In this document: in pieces, positions 31,416 to 41,884 of the stretch
How the letters are laid out: each line of letters opens with the position of its first letter
Position numbering within the stretch: position 1 is the first letter of the stretch
Assembly (NCBI RefSeq): GCF_000328665.1
Contig: NC_019977.1
Span: 1-64,000, forward strand
DNA from: Methanomethylovorans hollandica DSM 15978
Lineage (GTDB): Archaea > Halobacteriota > Methanosarcinia > Methanosarcinales > Methanosarcinaceae
DNA: 64,000 bases
Direction of reading: 5' to 3'
Translations under genes and position numbers: made by a program
Notes under the pieces: generated by a model
Database searches by the model: none
Seen by the model: only the letters and a program-made list of their open reading frames with translations
Told to the model about the DNA's origin: nothing

Positions 31416-32906
31416 ATGGTAAACCACTATTATCCAGGCAGGAAAATGCTGGACGGTGTGAAGTTGGAATTGTTCTCTAGCGAAGATCTGAGAGCAATTC
31501 ACTACGCCACCATGGATGTATTTATGAACCCAGGTATCCAGGTATCAGATGCTGATGCAAGGGCTGTTTTCAAGAAAGCCGGATGCCAGGTAGACGAGAC
31601 GACACAAATTGTCAAGATCCCTGAGTATGTTGTTAACAGAGCACTTCTGGACTGTCCATCCAGGTTTACACTATATGGACGCGACCCAAAGAAAAAAGTA
31701 GTACAGGAGCATAAAGGTAAGGTTCATTGGACATGTTTCGGTACTGGTGTCAAGATGTGCAACTACAAAGCACCAGGACAGTACGAAACAGTTGACTCCA
31801 CAGAAGCTGATGTTGCAGCAACTGCAAAGCTTGTGGACTGGGCAGAGAACATAGACTATTACTCACTTGCAGTTTCCGCCAGGGATTGGGCAGGCAAGGG
31901 AATGCAGGATGTTCACGAGACACTTACTCCTCTGATGAACACCACAAAGCACTTCCACCACATAGACCCTGTCGGTGAACATGTAGAATATTACAGAGAT
32001 ATCGTAAAGGCATACTATGGTGGAGATGACGAGGAGTTCCGCAAGAAGCCTCTTTTCTCAATGCTGGTTTGTCCAACAAGCCCACTTGAGCTCAGCTCCA
32101 ACGCATGTCAGGTCATCATGAAGGGTGCAAAGTTCGGCATGCCTGTCAACGTGCTGAGTATGGCAATGGCTGGCGGTTCATCCCCTGTTCATCTTGCAGG
32201 CACACTGGTAACCCACAATGCAGAGGTTCTTTCAGGTATCGTACTGGCTCAACTCACTCAACCAGGAGCTTCTGTATGGTACGGTAGTTCTACAACCACA
32301 TTCGATCTGAAGAAAGGTACAGCACCAGTAGGTTCTCCAGAGCTTGCGCTTATCAGTGCTGGAGTAGCAAAACTGGGACAATACTATGGTCTACCCACAT
32401 ATGTAGCAGGCTCGTAGTCCGATTCCAAGATACCAGACGGTCAGGCAGGTCACGAGAAGACCATGACAACGTTGTTGCCAGCCCTGTCCGGTGCAAACAC
32501 TCTGTATGGTTCAGGTATGCTTGAACTCGGTATGACTTTCTCAATGGAACAGCTTGTCTTTGACAACGATATGATCTCCATGACAAAGAAGGCAATGCAG
32601 GGTATTCCAGTATCTGAGGAGACGCTTTCGGTGGAAGCTATCCAGCAGGTAGGAATTGGAAACAACTTCCTTGCACACAAGACCACAAGAAAGAACATAG
32701 ATCTCCCATCCAGCCCAACGCTTATCAACAGGCTGATGTACGGAGACTGGGTGGCGGCCGGTTCAAAGGATATTGCAACAGTGGCCCACGAAAAGGTAGT
32801 TGATGTAATGAAGAACCACGAGGTCACACCAATAGATGCAGATCTGCTTAAGGATATGAAGGCTATCGTAGACAAGGCAGATAAGGCATTCAGGGACAAC
32901 CTGTGA
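31416..32906 (+). CDS. mttB: Trimethylamine methyltransferase, Pyl-containing
   Basis: In-frame TAG at 32415-32417 (codon 334, YVAGS-O-SDSKIPD) joins two track ORFs; CPTSPLEL motif. Confidence 0.97.
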
Positions 32907-32936
32907 TCTCATAAGAATTTAAATGGAGGATTATCA

Positions 32937-33584
32937 ATGGCAACAAAAGCAGAAATTATTGCAAAAGCAAAAGCAGCAATCCTTGACTTTGATGAAGAGG
33001 CAGCCGAGGAAGTAGCTAATGAATCCCTTAAAGCAGGGATCAATCCAGCAGAGCTCATTCAGGAAGGTTTCACTGCTGCAATGACAGAAGTAGGCGATCA
33101 GTTCGAAGCAGGCGTTGTGTTCCTGCCACACGTCATTGCTGCATCCGAAGCAATGAGCGCAGGTGTAAAAATACTGACTCCAGCACTGGAAAAGATGGGT
33201 TCAGAGGCCGAAAACAAGGGTACGGTCATGATTTGTACCATTGAGGGTGACATTCACACAATCGGTAAGGACATAGTAGCTACTATGCTGAAGATCGCAG
33301 GCTTCAAGGTTGTAGACATTGGAAGGGACATTGCAGTCAAAGACATAGTCAGTAAAACCGCTGAAGTCAAACCCAATGTAGTTGCAACTTCTGCTCTGAT
33401 GACTACCACAATGGTCAATCAGATACAGGTAGAAGAGCAGCTTAAAGAAGCAGGCCTGCGTGCAGGTGTCAAGACAATGGTCGGTGGAGCACCTGTCACC
33501 CAGGATTGGGCAGATAAGATCGGTGCAGACATCTACGCAGAAAACGCAGCAGATGCAGTAACAAAGCTTAAAGCTTTGTTCTAA
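32937..33584 (+). CDS. mttC: Trimethylamine corrinoid protein
   Basis: EGDIHTIGKDIV B12 motif, directly after mttB. Confidence 0.94.
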   Translation: MATKAEIIAKAKAAILDFDEEAAEEVANESLKAGINPAELIQEGFTAAMTEVGDQFEAGVVFLPHVIAASEAMSAGVKILTPALEKMGSEAENKGTVMICTIEGDIHTIGKDIVATMLKIAGFKVVDIGRDIAVKDIVSKTAEVKPNVVATSALMTTTMVNQIQVEEQLKEAGLRAGVKTMVGGAPVTQDWADKIGADIYAENAADAVTKLKALF

Positions 33585-33822
33585 CCCCCTTAAATCCGGG
33601 GTCTAAATCCAAAATAAGGGGTGTACTCTCCATACACCCCAACTCCTTCAACTATGGGTGGTTGAAGTAGAATATGAGAAGAAAAGGGGAATGGTATCAA
33701 AACAATCCTTTCATCAAGTTCTGAGCTATGTATACAGTTCTGAGCTATGATGATAGTAATTGGACCTAATCTCAATATGAAGTCTGGCGGATAGACCTGC
33801 CAGTAAAAGAAGGAGGTAAAAT

Positions 33823-34869
33823 ATGGATCTGCAAGCTTTAAGAAAACTCGAACATAAAAGACGAGTAAGATATGGATACATGTGGGCTCTTTTCTGTGCT
33901 GTGCTCTGGGGACTGTGGTACCTTCCTGGTACAGTTGTATGGGCACTAAATCCTTTTGATCAAATGTATGTTGAGATCGCTGCTGAAAGCGGTGATAGTA
34001 TGGCTTTGATCATAACTGCTGTGTTGATCACGGCATTCAATGCTTTGACAGTTATAATTGCACTTATGGTATGGAATGGTGTCCTTGGTAAGTTTGGTGA
34101 AATGAAGAGGACTCTCAAGGAATTCAAACCCTGTTCAAAATGGTTCTTTTTGGCATCTTTTTTCGGTGGACCTATGGCTATTCTAGGTTCTTTCATTGCA
34201 ATGGGCTTTGTAGGTGGCGCTTTTGCAGCTGTTGCAGCTTTGATGTATCCTGTAATTGGCTCCATAGTTGCATCTCAATGGTACGGTGAAAAGATCAGTA
34301 AGAGAGCAGCAATTGGAATCTTCTTTATCATCACTGGCGGTTTTGTGATATTTGGTGGCGGACTGCTTTCAGAAATGGCTGCCGGCAACGTTGCATGGAT
34401 CGGATATATTGGTGGCTTGATGGCGGCAGCAGGTTGGGGTATTGAAGGTGCTATAGCCGGCAAAGGTCTGGATGTTGCAGAACCCGATGTTGGACTTACC
34501 CTGCGTTTCCTGGGAGAAAATATAATCTGGTGGATTATTGCAATACCACTTCTGTCCATTGCCGGATTCCCGATGATAAAGTACGCTCTGCTTGCATTTG
34601 AACCATTCACAATGATGGTACTTATATTTGCAGGTATAACATTCGGTTATTGCTATGTTACCTGGTACAAATCTTTCCCGCTCATAGGAGTTGGAAGAGG
34701 ACAGGGTATAGGAAACCTCTACGGACTTTTCGCTGTGATCTTTATAATCCTCTTCTTCGGGGATATTCCTTCATGGACCCTGTTGCTAGGAGGTGCATTC
34801 TGTCTTGCAGGCAGTTTCACTATGTTCTCTGAAGACACCAGCGGTCTTGAATCTCTAAGAGGTGAATGA
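33823..34869 (+). CDS. mttP: DMT-superfamily transporter, probable trimethylamine permease
   Basis: About 10 TM segments, WALFCAVLWGLWY; follows mttBC. Confidence 0.85.
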   Translation: MDLQALRKLEHKRRVRYGYMWALFCAVLWGLWYLPGTVVWALNPFDQMYVEIAAESGDSMALIITAVLITAFNALTVIIALMVWNGVLGKFGEMKRTLKEFKPCSKWFFLASFFGGPMAILGSFIAMGFVGGAFAAVAALMYPVIGSIVASQWYGEKISKRAAIGIFFIITGGFVIFGGGLLSEMAAGNVAWIGYIGGLMAAAGWGIEGAIAGKGLDVAEPDVGLTLRFLGENIIWWIIAIPLLSIAGFPMIKYALLAFEPFTMMVLIFAGITFGYCYVTWYKSFPLIGVGRGQGIGNLYGLFAVIFIILFFGDIPSWTLLLGGAFCLAGSFTMFSEDTSGLESLRGE

Positions 34870-34870
34870 A

Positions 34871-35167
34871 ATGGCAGGAAATCGTCCGATCAAGTTCAGA
34901 ATACTGGAATTATTCAGTGATGAACAACCTCACTGGAATTATGAGATCGTACAGAAGATACAGAAAGAATATAACCTCAATGGAGACTTCTACAGAGACT
35001 CGATAAACTTCGATCTTATCGAACTGGCTTCCGGAGGTATGTTAAAAGGTCTTGAGAGCAAAGTTGATGATAAAGGGATCTACAAAAAGGGTTTCCTTCT
35101 TCACAAATATGCGATCACAGACTTCGGAAAGATCAGAGCATCTAATGTGTGTCTTGTATATGTCTGA
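34871..35167 (+). CDS. Small conserved hypothetical protein of the mtt operon (possible winged helix)
   Basis: GAGGTGA SD, coupled to mttP; RILELF...WNYEIV...DLIELASGG...YAITDFG pattern. Confidence 0.75.
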   Translation: MAGNRPIKFRILELFSDEQPHWNYEIVQKIQKEYNLNGDFYRDSINFDLIELASGGMLKGLESKVDDKGIYKKGFLLHKYAITDFGKIRASNVCLVYV

Positions 35168-35179
35168 GGAGGAGTTGAA

Positions 35180-35329
35180 ATGGTACAAAGTGCAGCCGCA
35201 ATGGAAGCATATAATGGATACTGGGCAAACTCATATCTTCCTGCCGCAGATATCCTTTGGATGGTAGTGATAGTAATAGTAGCTCTCTTGGCTTTATGGC
35301 AAGCCAGGACTTTTGTATCAAAATTCTAA
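35180..35329 (+). CDS. 49-aa single-TM protein (not in ORF track)
   Basis: GAGGAGGAG SD; MVQSAAAMEAYNGYWANSYLPAADILWMVVIVIVALLALWQARTFVSKF; followed by a hairpin. Confidence 0.75.
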   Translation: MVQSAAAMEAYNGYWANSYLPAADILWMVVIVIVALLALWQARTFVSKF

Positions 35330-35364
35330 CAGTGATACATTAAAAATAAGTTCAATGTGTAAAT

Positions 35365-35391
35365 ATCCCAGCGTCCTAGTGATGCTGGGAT
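35365..35391 (+). terminator. Hairpin after the mttP subcluster
   Basis: ATCCCAGCGTC-N5-GATGCTGGGAT, then T-rich sequence. Confidence 0.55.
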
Positions 35392-35578
35392 GCTATGTAT
35401 TTCGTTTTTATTTGGTGAAGATGAAATTGAAATCTGTAGCAGCACATTGGATCTTATACACCCCATCACAAAATAAAGTTTATATATTGCGATAAAAAGC
35501 AATATAGTAAAATCAAAAGGTAGCCCACCTTTTTCCCAAAAATGGGTACACTCTAAGATAACAAGAAAGAGGTAAATC

Positions 35579-36223
35579 ATGAGCAAAGAAGAAATGTTCA
35601 AGGAATTAGCAGATGCTATAATTTCCTGTAAAAAGGATGTTGTGGTCGCTGCTGTGAGCAAGGCAAAAGGCCAGGGTATCGCACCTGCTGAGATCATAGA
35701 AAAGGGTCTTGCAGCAGGTATGAACGAAGTGGGTGTCATGTTCGAGAGAGGTAAACTGTTCTTACCCCACGTTATGATGGCTGCAGGTGCTATGCAGGAA
35801 GGCGTCAATCTCCTGGAAGCCGACATGCCTAAGGGAGAAGCTTCCAAGAAACTGGGCGTTATCGTCAACGGTACCGTTGAGGGTGACGTGCATGACATTG
35901 GCAAGTCCATTGTGTCCACCATGCTGCAATCTGCAGGTTTTGAAGTACATGACATCGGCAGGGACGTACCTTTGCAGAACTTTATTGACAAGGCCAAGGA
36001 AACCAACGCCCAGATGATAGGTCTTTCCGCTCTGATGACCACCACGCTGGCAGGTCAGAAGGATGTCATCGAGATGCTCAAGGAACAGGGCATGAGGGAT
36101 AAGATCAAGGTCATGGTAGGCGGTGCACCGGCAACCCAGACATGGGCCGATAAGATAGGCGCTGACTGCTATGCAGAAAATGCAAGCGAAGCCGTTACAA
36201 GGGCAAAAGAGCTTCTGCTTTAA
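35579..36223 (+). CDS. mtbC: Dimethylamine corrinoid protein
   Basis: EGDVHDIGKSIV B12 motif, directly upstream of mtbB. Confidence 0.94.
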   Translation: MSKEEMFKELADAIISCKKDVVVAAVSKAKGQGIAPAEIIEKGLAAGMNEVGVMFERGKLFLPHVMMAAGAMQEGVNLLEADMPKGEASKKLGVIVNGTVEGDVHDIGKSIVSTMLQSAGFEVHDIGRDVPLQNFIDKAKETNAQMIGLSALMTTTLAGQKDVIEMLKEQGMRDKIKVMVGGAPATQTWADKIGADCYAENASEAVTRAKELLL

Positions 36224-36234
36224 AGGTGATATAA

Positions 36235-37635
36235 ATGACAGAATATGCTTTGAGGATGGGAGACGGTAAGAGGATCTTCCTTACGAAGGAACAGATCCGA
36301 GCCGATCTGGAAGCAGGTACTGCAGATGCTGCAGACCTGGGAAGTATTCCAGCACTGACCGGCAATGAGCTGGACAAGCTGGCCGAGATCCTGATGATGC
36401 CTGCCAGAATGGTCGGTGTAGAGCCAGGTAAAGAAGTACCAGTAACCCATGACATAGGCACCATCAGGCTTGATGGTGATCAGGGTAACAGCGGTGTGGG
36501 TATCCCCACAAGCAGGCTTGCAGGGTGTATGGTACACGAGAGGGCCATGGGCGCAGACACCATGGAACTTGGTCACATAGACTACAGCTATAAGCCAGTG
36601 AAGCCTGTCATCTCACAGGAACAGCAGGCAATGGAAGTATGCCAGCAGAACATGATAGTACCTCTGTTCTACGGTGCTATGCCTAACATGGGCCTGTACT
36701 ACACTCCTGATGGTCCTTTCGAGAACCCTGGTGACCTGATGAAGGCATTCAAGATCACTGAGGCCCAGGCATCTATGGAGCACGCTGCTGATCATCTGAC
36801 CAGAGACATAGTCTGGATCATGCAGAAGATGATGTTCGCGGGTGCAGATGGTGCTAACTTTGATACTACCGGTGCAGCCGGCGATGGTGACATGTTCGCA
36901 ACCCTGAGGGCAGTGGAAGCCTTGAGAAAACAGTATCCTGACATGTATATTGAAGTGGGTATGGCAGGCGAACTTGTACTGGGTATGCACGGTGAGCTGC
37001 AGTATGATAACACCACACTCGCAGGTCTGTGGCCACACCAGCAGGCTCCTCTGGCAGCAAAGGCAGGTGCCAATGTATTCGGACCTGTGGTGAACACAAA
37101 CACCAGCAAATCCTCAGCCTGGAACCTCGCCAGGGCAGTCACTTTTGTAAAAGAGGCTGTGAAGGTATCACCAATACCATGTCATGTTAACATGGGTATG
37201 GGTGTGGGTGGTATCCCAATGCTTGAGACCCCGACCATTGATGCAGTTTCCAGGGCCAGCAAGGCCATGGTGGAAATTGCTGGCGTGGATGGTATATAGA
37301 TAGGGGTCGGCGACCCGATGGGTATGCCGATCACTCACATAATGACCTCCGGTATGAGCGGTATCAGGGCAGCTGGTGACCTTGTGGCAAGGATGGAATT
37401 CTCCAAGAACATGAGGCTTAACGATGCAAAGGACTATGTGGCTAAGAAACTGGGAGTTTCCACAATGGATCTTTCTGACGAGTATGTCATGAGAGATCTC
37501 AGGGAAGAGCTCGGTATCGGTGTCATAACATCCGTTGCAGGTGCCCCCAAGGGAATTGCTGCAAAGATGAACATCGAAAAGCTGCTTGATATCAAGATCA
37601 ACTGCTGTGAGAAGTTCAGAGGTAAGCTGAGATAA
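36235..37635 (+). CDS. mtbB: Dimethylamine methyltransferase, Pyl-containing
   Basis: [11 protein letters not shown] start; in-frame TAG at 37297-37299 (GVDGI-O-IGVGDP) joins two track ORFs. Confidence 0.97.
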
Positions 37636-37856
37636 CTTAGTTTAAGTCGCGGGGCCGGGAACTTGCGGTGCAGGGGAACGGCCCGACTTATCTCATTTTA
37701 TTCTTTTTAATTTAGACAAATATTGTATTTATAATCATGTCGGAATGTTAATGCCGGATGACTTACTTAGAAATACTTGTTTTGAAGGTAAGCCATTAGC
37801 ATAGCGTGTAATGGCATTGCTGAAAGTACAGTTGATTTTCAATAGGAGGAACTTAA

Positions 37857-38507
37857 ATGGGTAAACAAGAAATTCTTGACAAACTTAGAGACACCATAGT
37901 CAAACAGGACATCAATGGTTGCGTTGCAGCAGCAAAGGAAGCCCTTGAAGCCGGTGTTCCTGCATTTGATGCTATCAACGATGGCCTTGCATTGGGTATG
38001 AATATTGTTGGTGAAAAATTTGAGAAAGCTGAGATCTACTTACCCCAGATCATGATGTCAGCTAAGGCCATGAACGGCGCAATGGAAATCCTGGCCCCTG
38101 AACTTGCAAAGGAGAAGCCGGGAGAAGGCACAGGTACCGCAATTACTTTTGTGCAGGAAGGAGACATTCACGACATAGGTCACAGGTTAGTGTCCACAAT
38201 GCTGGGTGCCAGCGGATTTACCATCGTTGATTTGGGTGTGGATGTACCTAACGAGACTGTCGTTGAAGAAGTAGCCAAACTCAAGGGACATAAAGTCGTC
38301 CTCGTAGGTTCTGCACTCATGACAACCTCCATGCTTGGCCAGAAAGACGTGGTCATACTGCTCAAGGAAGCAGGCCTCAGGGACAGTGTAAAGTGCATGT
38401 TCGGTGGCGCACCTGTTACCAAGGAATGGATAAAAGAAATCGGTGCTGATGCAACAGCAGAGAACGCAGCTGAAGCAGCCCGTGTAGCCATTGATATCAT
38501 GAAATAA
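37857..38507 (+). CDS. mtmC: Monomethylamine corrinoid protein (copy 2)
   Basis: Protein identical to 12515-13165. Confidence 0.95.
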   Translation: MGKQEILDKLRDTIVKQDINGCVAAAKEALEAGVPAFDAINDGLALGMNIVGEKFEKAEIYLPQIMMSAKAMNGAMEILAPELAKEKPGEGTGTAITFVQEGDIHDIGHRLVSTMLGASGFTIVDLGVDVPNETVVEEVAKLKGHKVVLVGSALMTTSMLGQKDVVILLKEAGLRDSVKCMFGGAPVTKEWIKEIGADATAENAAEAARVAIDIMK

Positions 38508-38519
38508 GGAGGTTTGTAG

Positions 38520-39896
38520 ATGACATACAGAAAATCGTTTGATGTTTATGATTTCTATGACCGCGCAAAGAGCGGCGAGAAGATAACTCAGGACGACTGG
38601 GATCTTATGGTCCTCCCATCCAAGACAATGGAACTTAAGCAGAAGTATGGTCTGGATTTCAAGGGCGAGTTCGTCCCCACTGACAAGGACATGATGGAGA
38701 AACTGTTCAAGGCAGGTTTCGAGTTACTTCTTGAATGTGGTATCTTCTGTACCGACACCCACAGGGTCGTCAAGTATACTGAAGACGAGATCTGGGATGC
38801 CATTAAGAATTCAGGCGAGGACTTCAGGCTGGGAACTGGCAGGGACGCTGTGCGTGTCAGCAAGAGAAATGTCGGCGACAAGAAGAAACCTATTATTCAG
38901 GGTGGCCCAACTGGTTCCCCAATATCCGAAGATATGTTCATGCCAATACACATGAGCTATGCCCTTGAGAAGGAAGTCGACACCATTGTAGATGGTGTGA
39001 TGATGTCCATCCGCGGCAAGTCACCTGTACCAGGCAGCCCATACGAAATACTTGCAGCCAAGACAGAAACCAGGCTTATCAAGCAGGCATGTGCTATGGC
39101 AGGCCGCCCAGGTATGGGCATATAGGGACCAGAGACTTCCCTGTCCGCTCAGGGAAATATAGCTGCAGACTGTGCCGGTGGCATGAAAAGCAGTGACAGT
39201 CACGAGGTCTCACAGCTCAATGAGCTCAAGATCGACCTGGACGCAATTGCTGTAATAGCACACTATCAAGCTAACAGCAACATCATTATGGACGAACAGA
39301 TGCCCATATTCGGTGGTTACGCCGGCGGCGTAGAAGAGACAGCAATTGTGGACATTGCAACCCACATCAACGCAATGGTGATGAGCAATGCAAGCTGGCA
39401 CCTTGACGGTCCTGTCCACATCAGATGGGGTTCCACCAACACCAGAGAAACCCTCATGATCGCAGGCTGGACATGTGCAACCATCAGTGAGTTCACTAAC
39501 ATTCTCTCAGGCAACCAGTACTACCCATGTGCAGGTCCATGTACCGAGATGTGCCTGCTGGAAGCTGCAGCACAGTCCGTCACAGACACTGCTTCCGGAC
39601 GTGAGATCCTCTCTGGTGTCGCAGCCGCAAAGGGTGTTGCACTTGACAAGACCACAGGTATGGAAGCCAGGATGATGGGAGAAACTGCAAGGGCTACTGC
39701 CGGAATGGAGATCCCAGAGGTCAACAAGATCTTGGACAACCTCGTCAAGATGTACGAGAACGACTATGCTAAAGCACCTGCTGGCAAGACGTTCCAGGAA
39801 TGCTACAACGTCAAGACAATCGAACCAACGGATGAATACATGAAAGTCTACGAAGGAGCAAGAAAGAAGCTCGAAGGACTGGGGCTGGTGTTCTAA
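38520..39896 (+). CDS. mtmB: Monomethylamine methyltransferase, Pyl-containing (copy 2)
   Basis: In-frame TAG at 39123-39125. Differs from copy 1 at one residue (GGYAGG vs GGYTGG). Confidence 0.97.
39126..39211 (+). promoter_or_regulatory. PYLIS-like stem-loop (copy 2)
   Basis: TTCCCTG (39137-43) pairs with CAGGGAA (39150-56); GAGAC (39132-36) pairs with GTCTC (39207-11). Confidence 0.55.
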
Positions 39897-39908
39897 GCCT
39901 CCAAAACC

Positions 39909-39939
39909 AAGCCGGCGAATTAATCGCTGGCTTTTTTTT
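39909..39939 (+). terminator. Hairpin plus poly-U terminator after mtmB copy 2
   Basis: AGCCGGCGA-ATTAA-TCGCTGGCT followed by a T run. Confidence 0.75.
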
Positions 39940-39998
39940 GAACTGATATTTCTATCTTTAACTGTAATTTTTCTATGTTTGAATAAAATTTATAAACT

Positions 39999-41372
39999 TT
40001 AAAAAGCTTCTCCGGGGAAATGACCCATTATCTCATAGGACACTTTTCTGTAGATTAATTCATACTCTTCAGTAGGTTCGAGATCATATTCTGATTTTAT
40101 TCTATAACATTTATCAAAAGACTTTCCTGCTGGAGGATTAATTAATTTGTTCTCATACTTCGAATATATCTTTGTGATTAGTCTGTTGGCTTCAGATAAT
40201 GACAAATGTGTAGCCATTTGTGCTATTTCTCCCATGAACCTTGATTCCAGTCCTGAAGAATGATCAGGTATTCCACCACGTGCACCTACTGGTCCCAGTA
40301 ACATGTCCCTGCCGCATACAGTGTCCCCTATAGCCTGAGCAGCAGTTTCATAGAACATCATATCAGTAGATATACCAGCAGCATTCCAATAATATCTCGC
40401 AGTGTAATAGTCCATATTCCTTGATATTGCAAGTGAGGAGAGATTTGAAGCCCAAAGTATCTCTTTTGCAGAGGAAGATCCAGTAGCTGCGTGTGAAGCT
40501 CCAGAGGCATGTATACTTGAATGTACGAGCACTTTTGACTGTAACGTCTCAGCAACATCTATTATTGCAAGTCCTTCAGCCGAACCAATGCAAGGTCCTC
40601 CAAAAACAGGTACCTGTCCAGAAATATAATGATTTCCGTGCTCTTGGTGAAAGATACATTTGGACAATGTCTCGTAGTCTATTTTGAGATCATCCATGTA
40701 GACTTCCTGAGGGTCATATTTTGAGTATAGCTCGTCAGATGAAACAAGCAAATATGATGTAGGAAGTGTGGGTGTGCTGGGTCCCATCAATGCAAGCCCT
40801 TCACGCCCTCCGATCTTTGTAGCAAGTCTTTCATTACGTGCAGCTTTTAGGACAGCTAACATCTCCAATGGGCTCTTTGGTCTTACATATTCTCCACAGA
40901 ACTGCTTCATTGAACCGCTATAGATTCCCTGCACAACATTCTCAAGTACTGCACTTAAGTTAATGTAAAGGAAGTTTTCTTCGGAAACACTTCCCCCCAT
41001 TGGTCCACCAATAATAATGGGGGGAATTGGTGATAAAGGATATCTGCGGTTAACAGTTACTTTTTCTTTCAGTCTGCCGATCTCTAGAGAATTGATCACA
41101 TTGAGAGATGTCAGGATATCTTCTTCGTCTATCTGAATCACTTTTTCTGTGCTTTTACAGTACACACCTACAGAATGCAATAGTTCTATACCTGCCTCAA
41201 ATGTCGCATCTGCAAGTTCAAGGTTATCAGGTACAAAACTTTTTCCATCATATTTGATCCCATATTTTAAAGCAAGTTCTTCTGATTTCTTAAAAACATT
41301 TAGGTCATGTTGCTTCTCAGTCCTGCTTTCGCCTTCAATTGCGCTCTTGAGGTACTTATACATGTTTTTCAT
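39999..41372 (-). CDS. MtmB-family methyltransferase homolog lacking pyrrolysine
   Basis: Colinear with MtmB (LKYGIKY, IIGGPMG, GQVPVFGG, GLESRFMGE, PAGKSFDKCY, EPTEEY) and open with no TAG. Confidence 0.88.
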   Translation of the reverse strand: MKNMYKYLKSAIEGESRTEKQHDLNVFKKSEELALKYGIKYDGKSFVPDNLELADATFEAGIELLHSVGVYCKSTEKVIQIDEEDILTSLNVINSLEIGRLKEKVTVNRRYPLSPIPPIIIGGPMGGSVSEENFLYINLSAVLENVVQGIYSGSMKQFCGEYVRPKSPLEMLAVLKAARNERLATKIGGREGLALMGPSTPTLPTSYLLVSSDELYSKYDPQEVYMDDLKIDYETLSKCIFHQEHGNHYISGQVPVFGGPCIGSAEGLAIIDVAETLQSKVLVHSSIHASGASHAATGSSSAKEILWASNLSSLAISRNMDYYTARYYWNAAGISTDMMFYETAAQAIGDTVCGRDMLLGPVGARGGIPDHSSGLESRFMGEIAQMATHLSLSEANRLITKIYSKYENKLINPPAGKSFDKCYRIKSEYDLEPTEEYELIYRKVSYEIMGHFPGEAF

Positions 41373-41884
41373 GTCGACACCCAGATAAAAAGGGACTTAA
41401 TTAGTTACATTTATTTTTTAAAATTATTTAGTTTAACTTTCAACGCTCATCCTTATATTTATTTTGATATTCTAGGTATGCATAATATAAAAAACATCTT
41501 ATATCATATTCTGACTATATTTAACGAAGTTTTTCTTTAAAACAGCCAGTTTCATTGTATGCATCTTATCTCATTTTTTTACGGTTTCTGAGTCTTAAGA
41601 TAGTATTACTTATATTTTTCTATTATTTACAATCTATGGAATGTAGGTTTTTAAAAGAAAAACTCAATTTTCTTTTTGTTTATTGTTATGAACTCTTGTA
41701 AAAAAAGCCTACAATCATTGATTCTCATTTCTTTCTTTTTTTTAATTAGAACAATATATTTTATTGTGCTGTGCTTGTATTTCCTTTCCTAACTTTTCCT
41801 TTTTGTTCTTATATATATTTATGCATGTTGCAACCAAAAAATATATATTTAAGTCTCTCCCTTTTGTCACGATCAATATAAAAG

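Noticed and set aside
35326..36045. 239-aa minus-strand ORF and the many similar antisense ORFs
   Set aside because: Shadow frames of genuine genes with biased codon usage (here mtbC).
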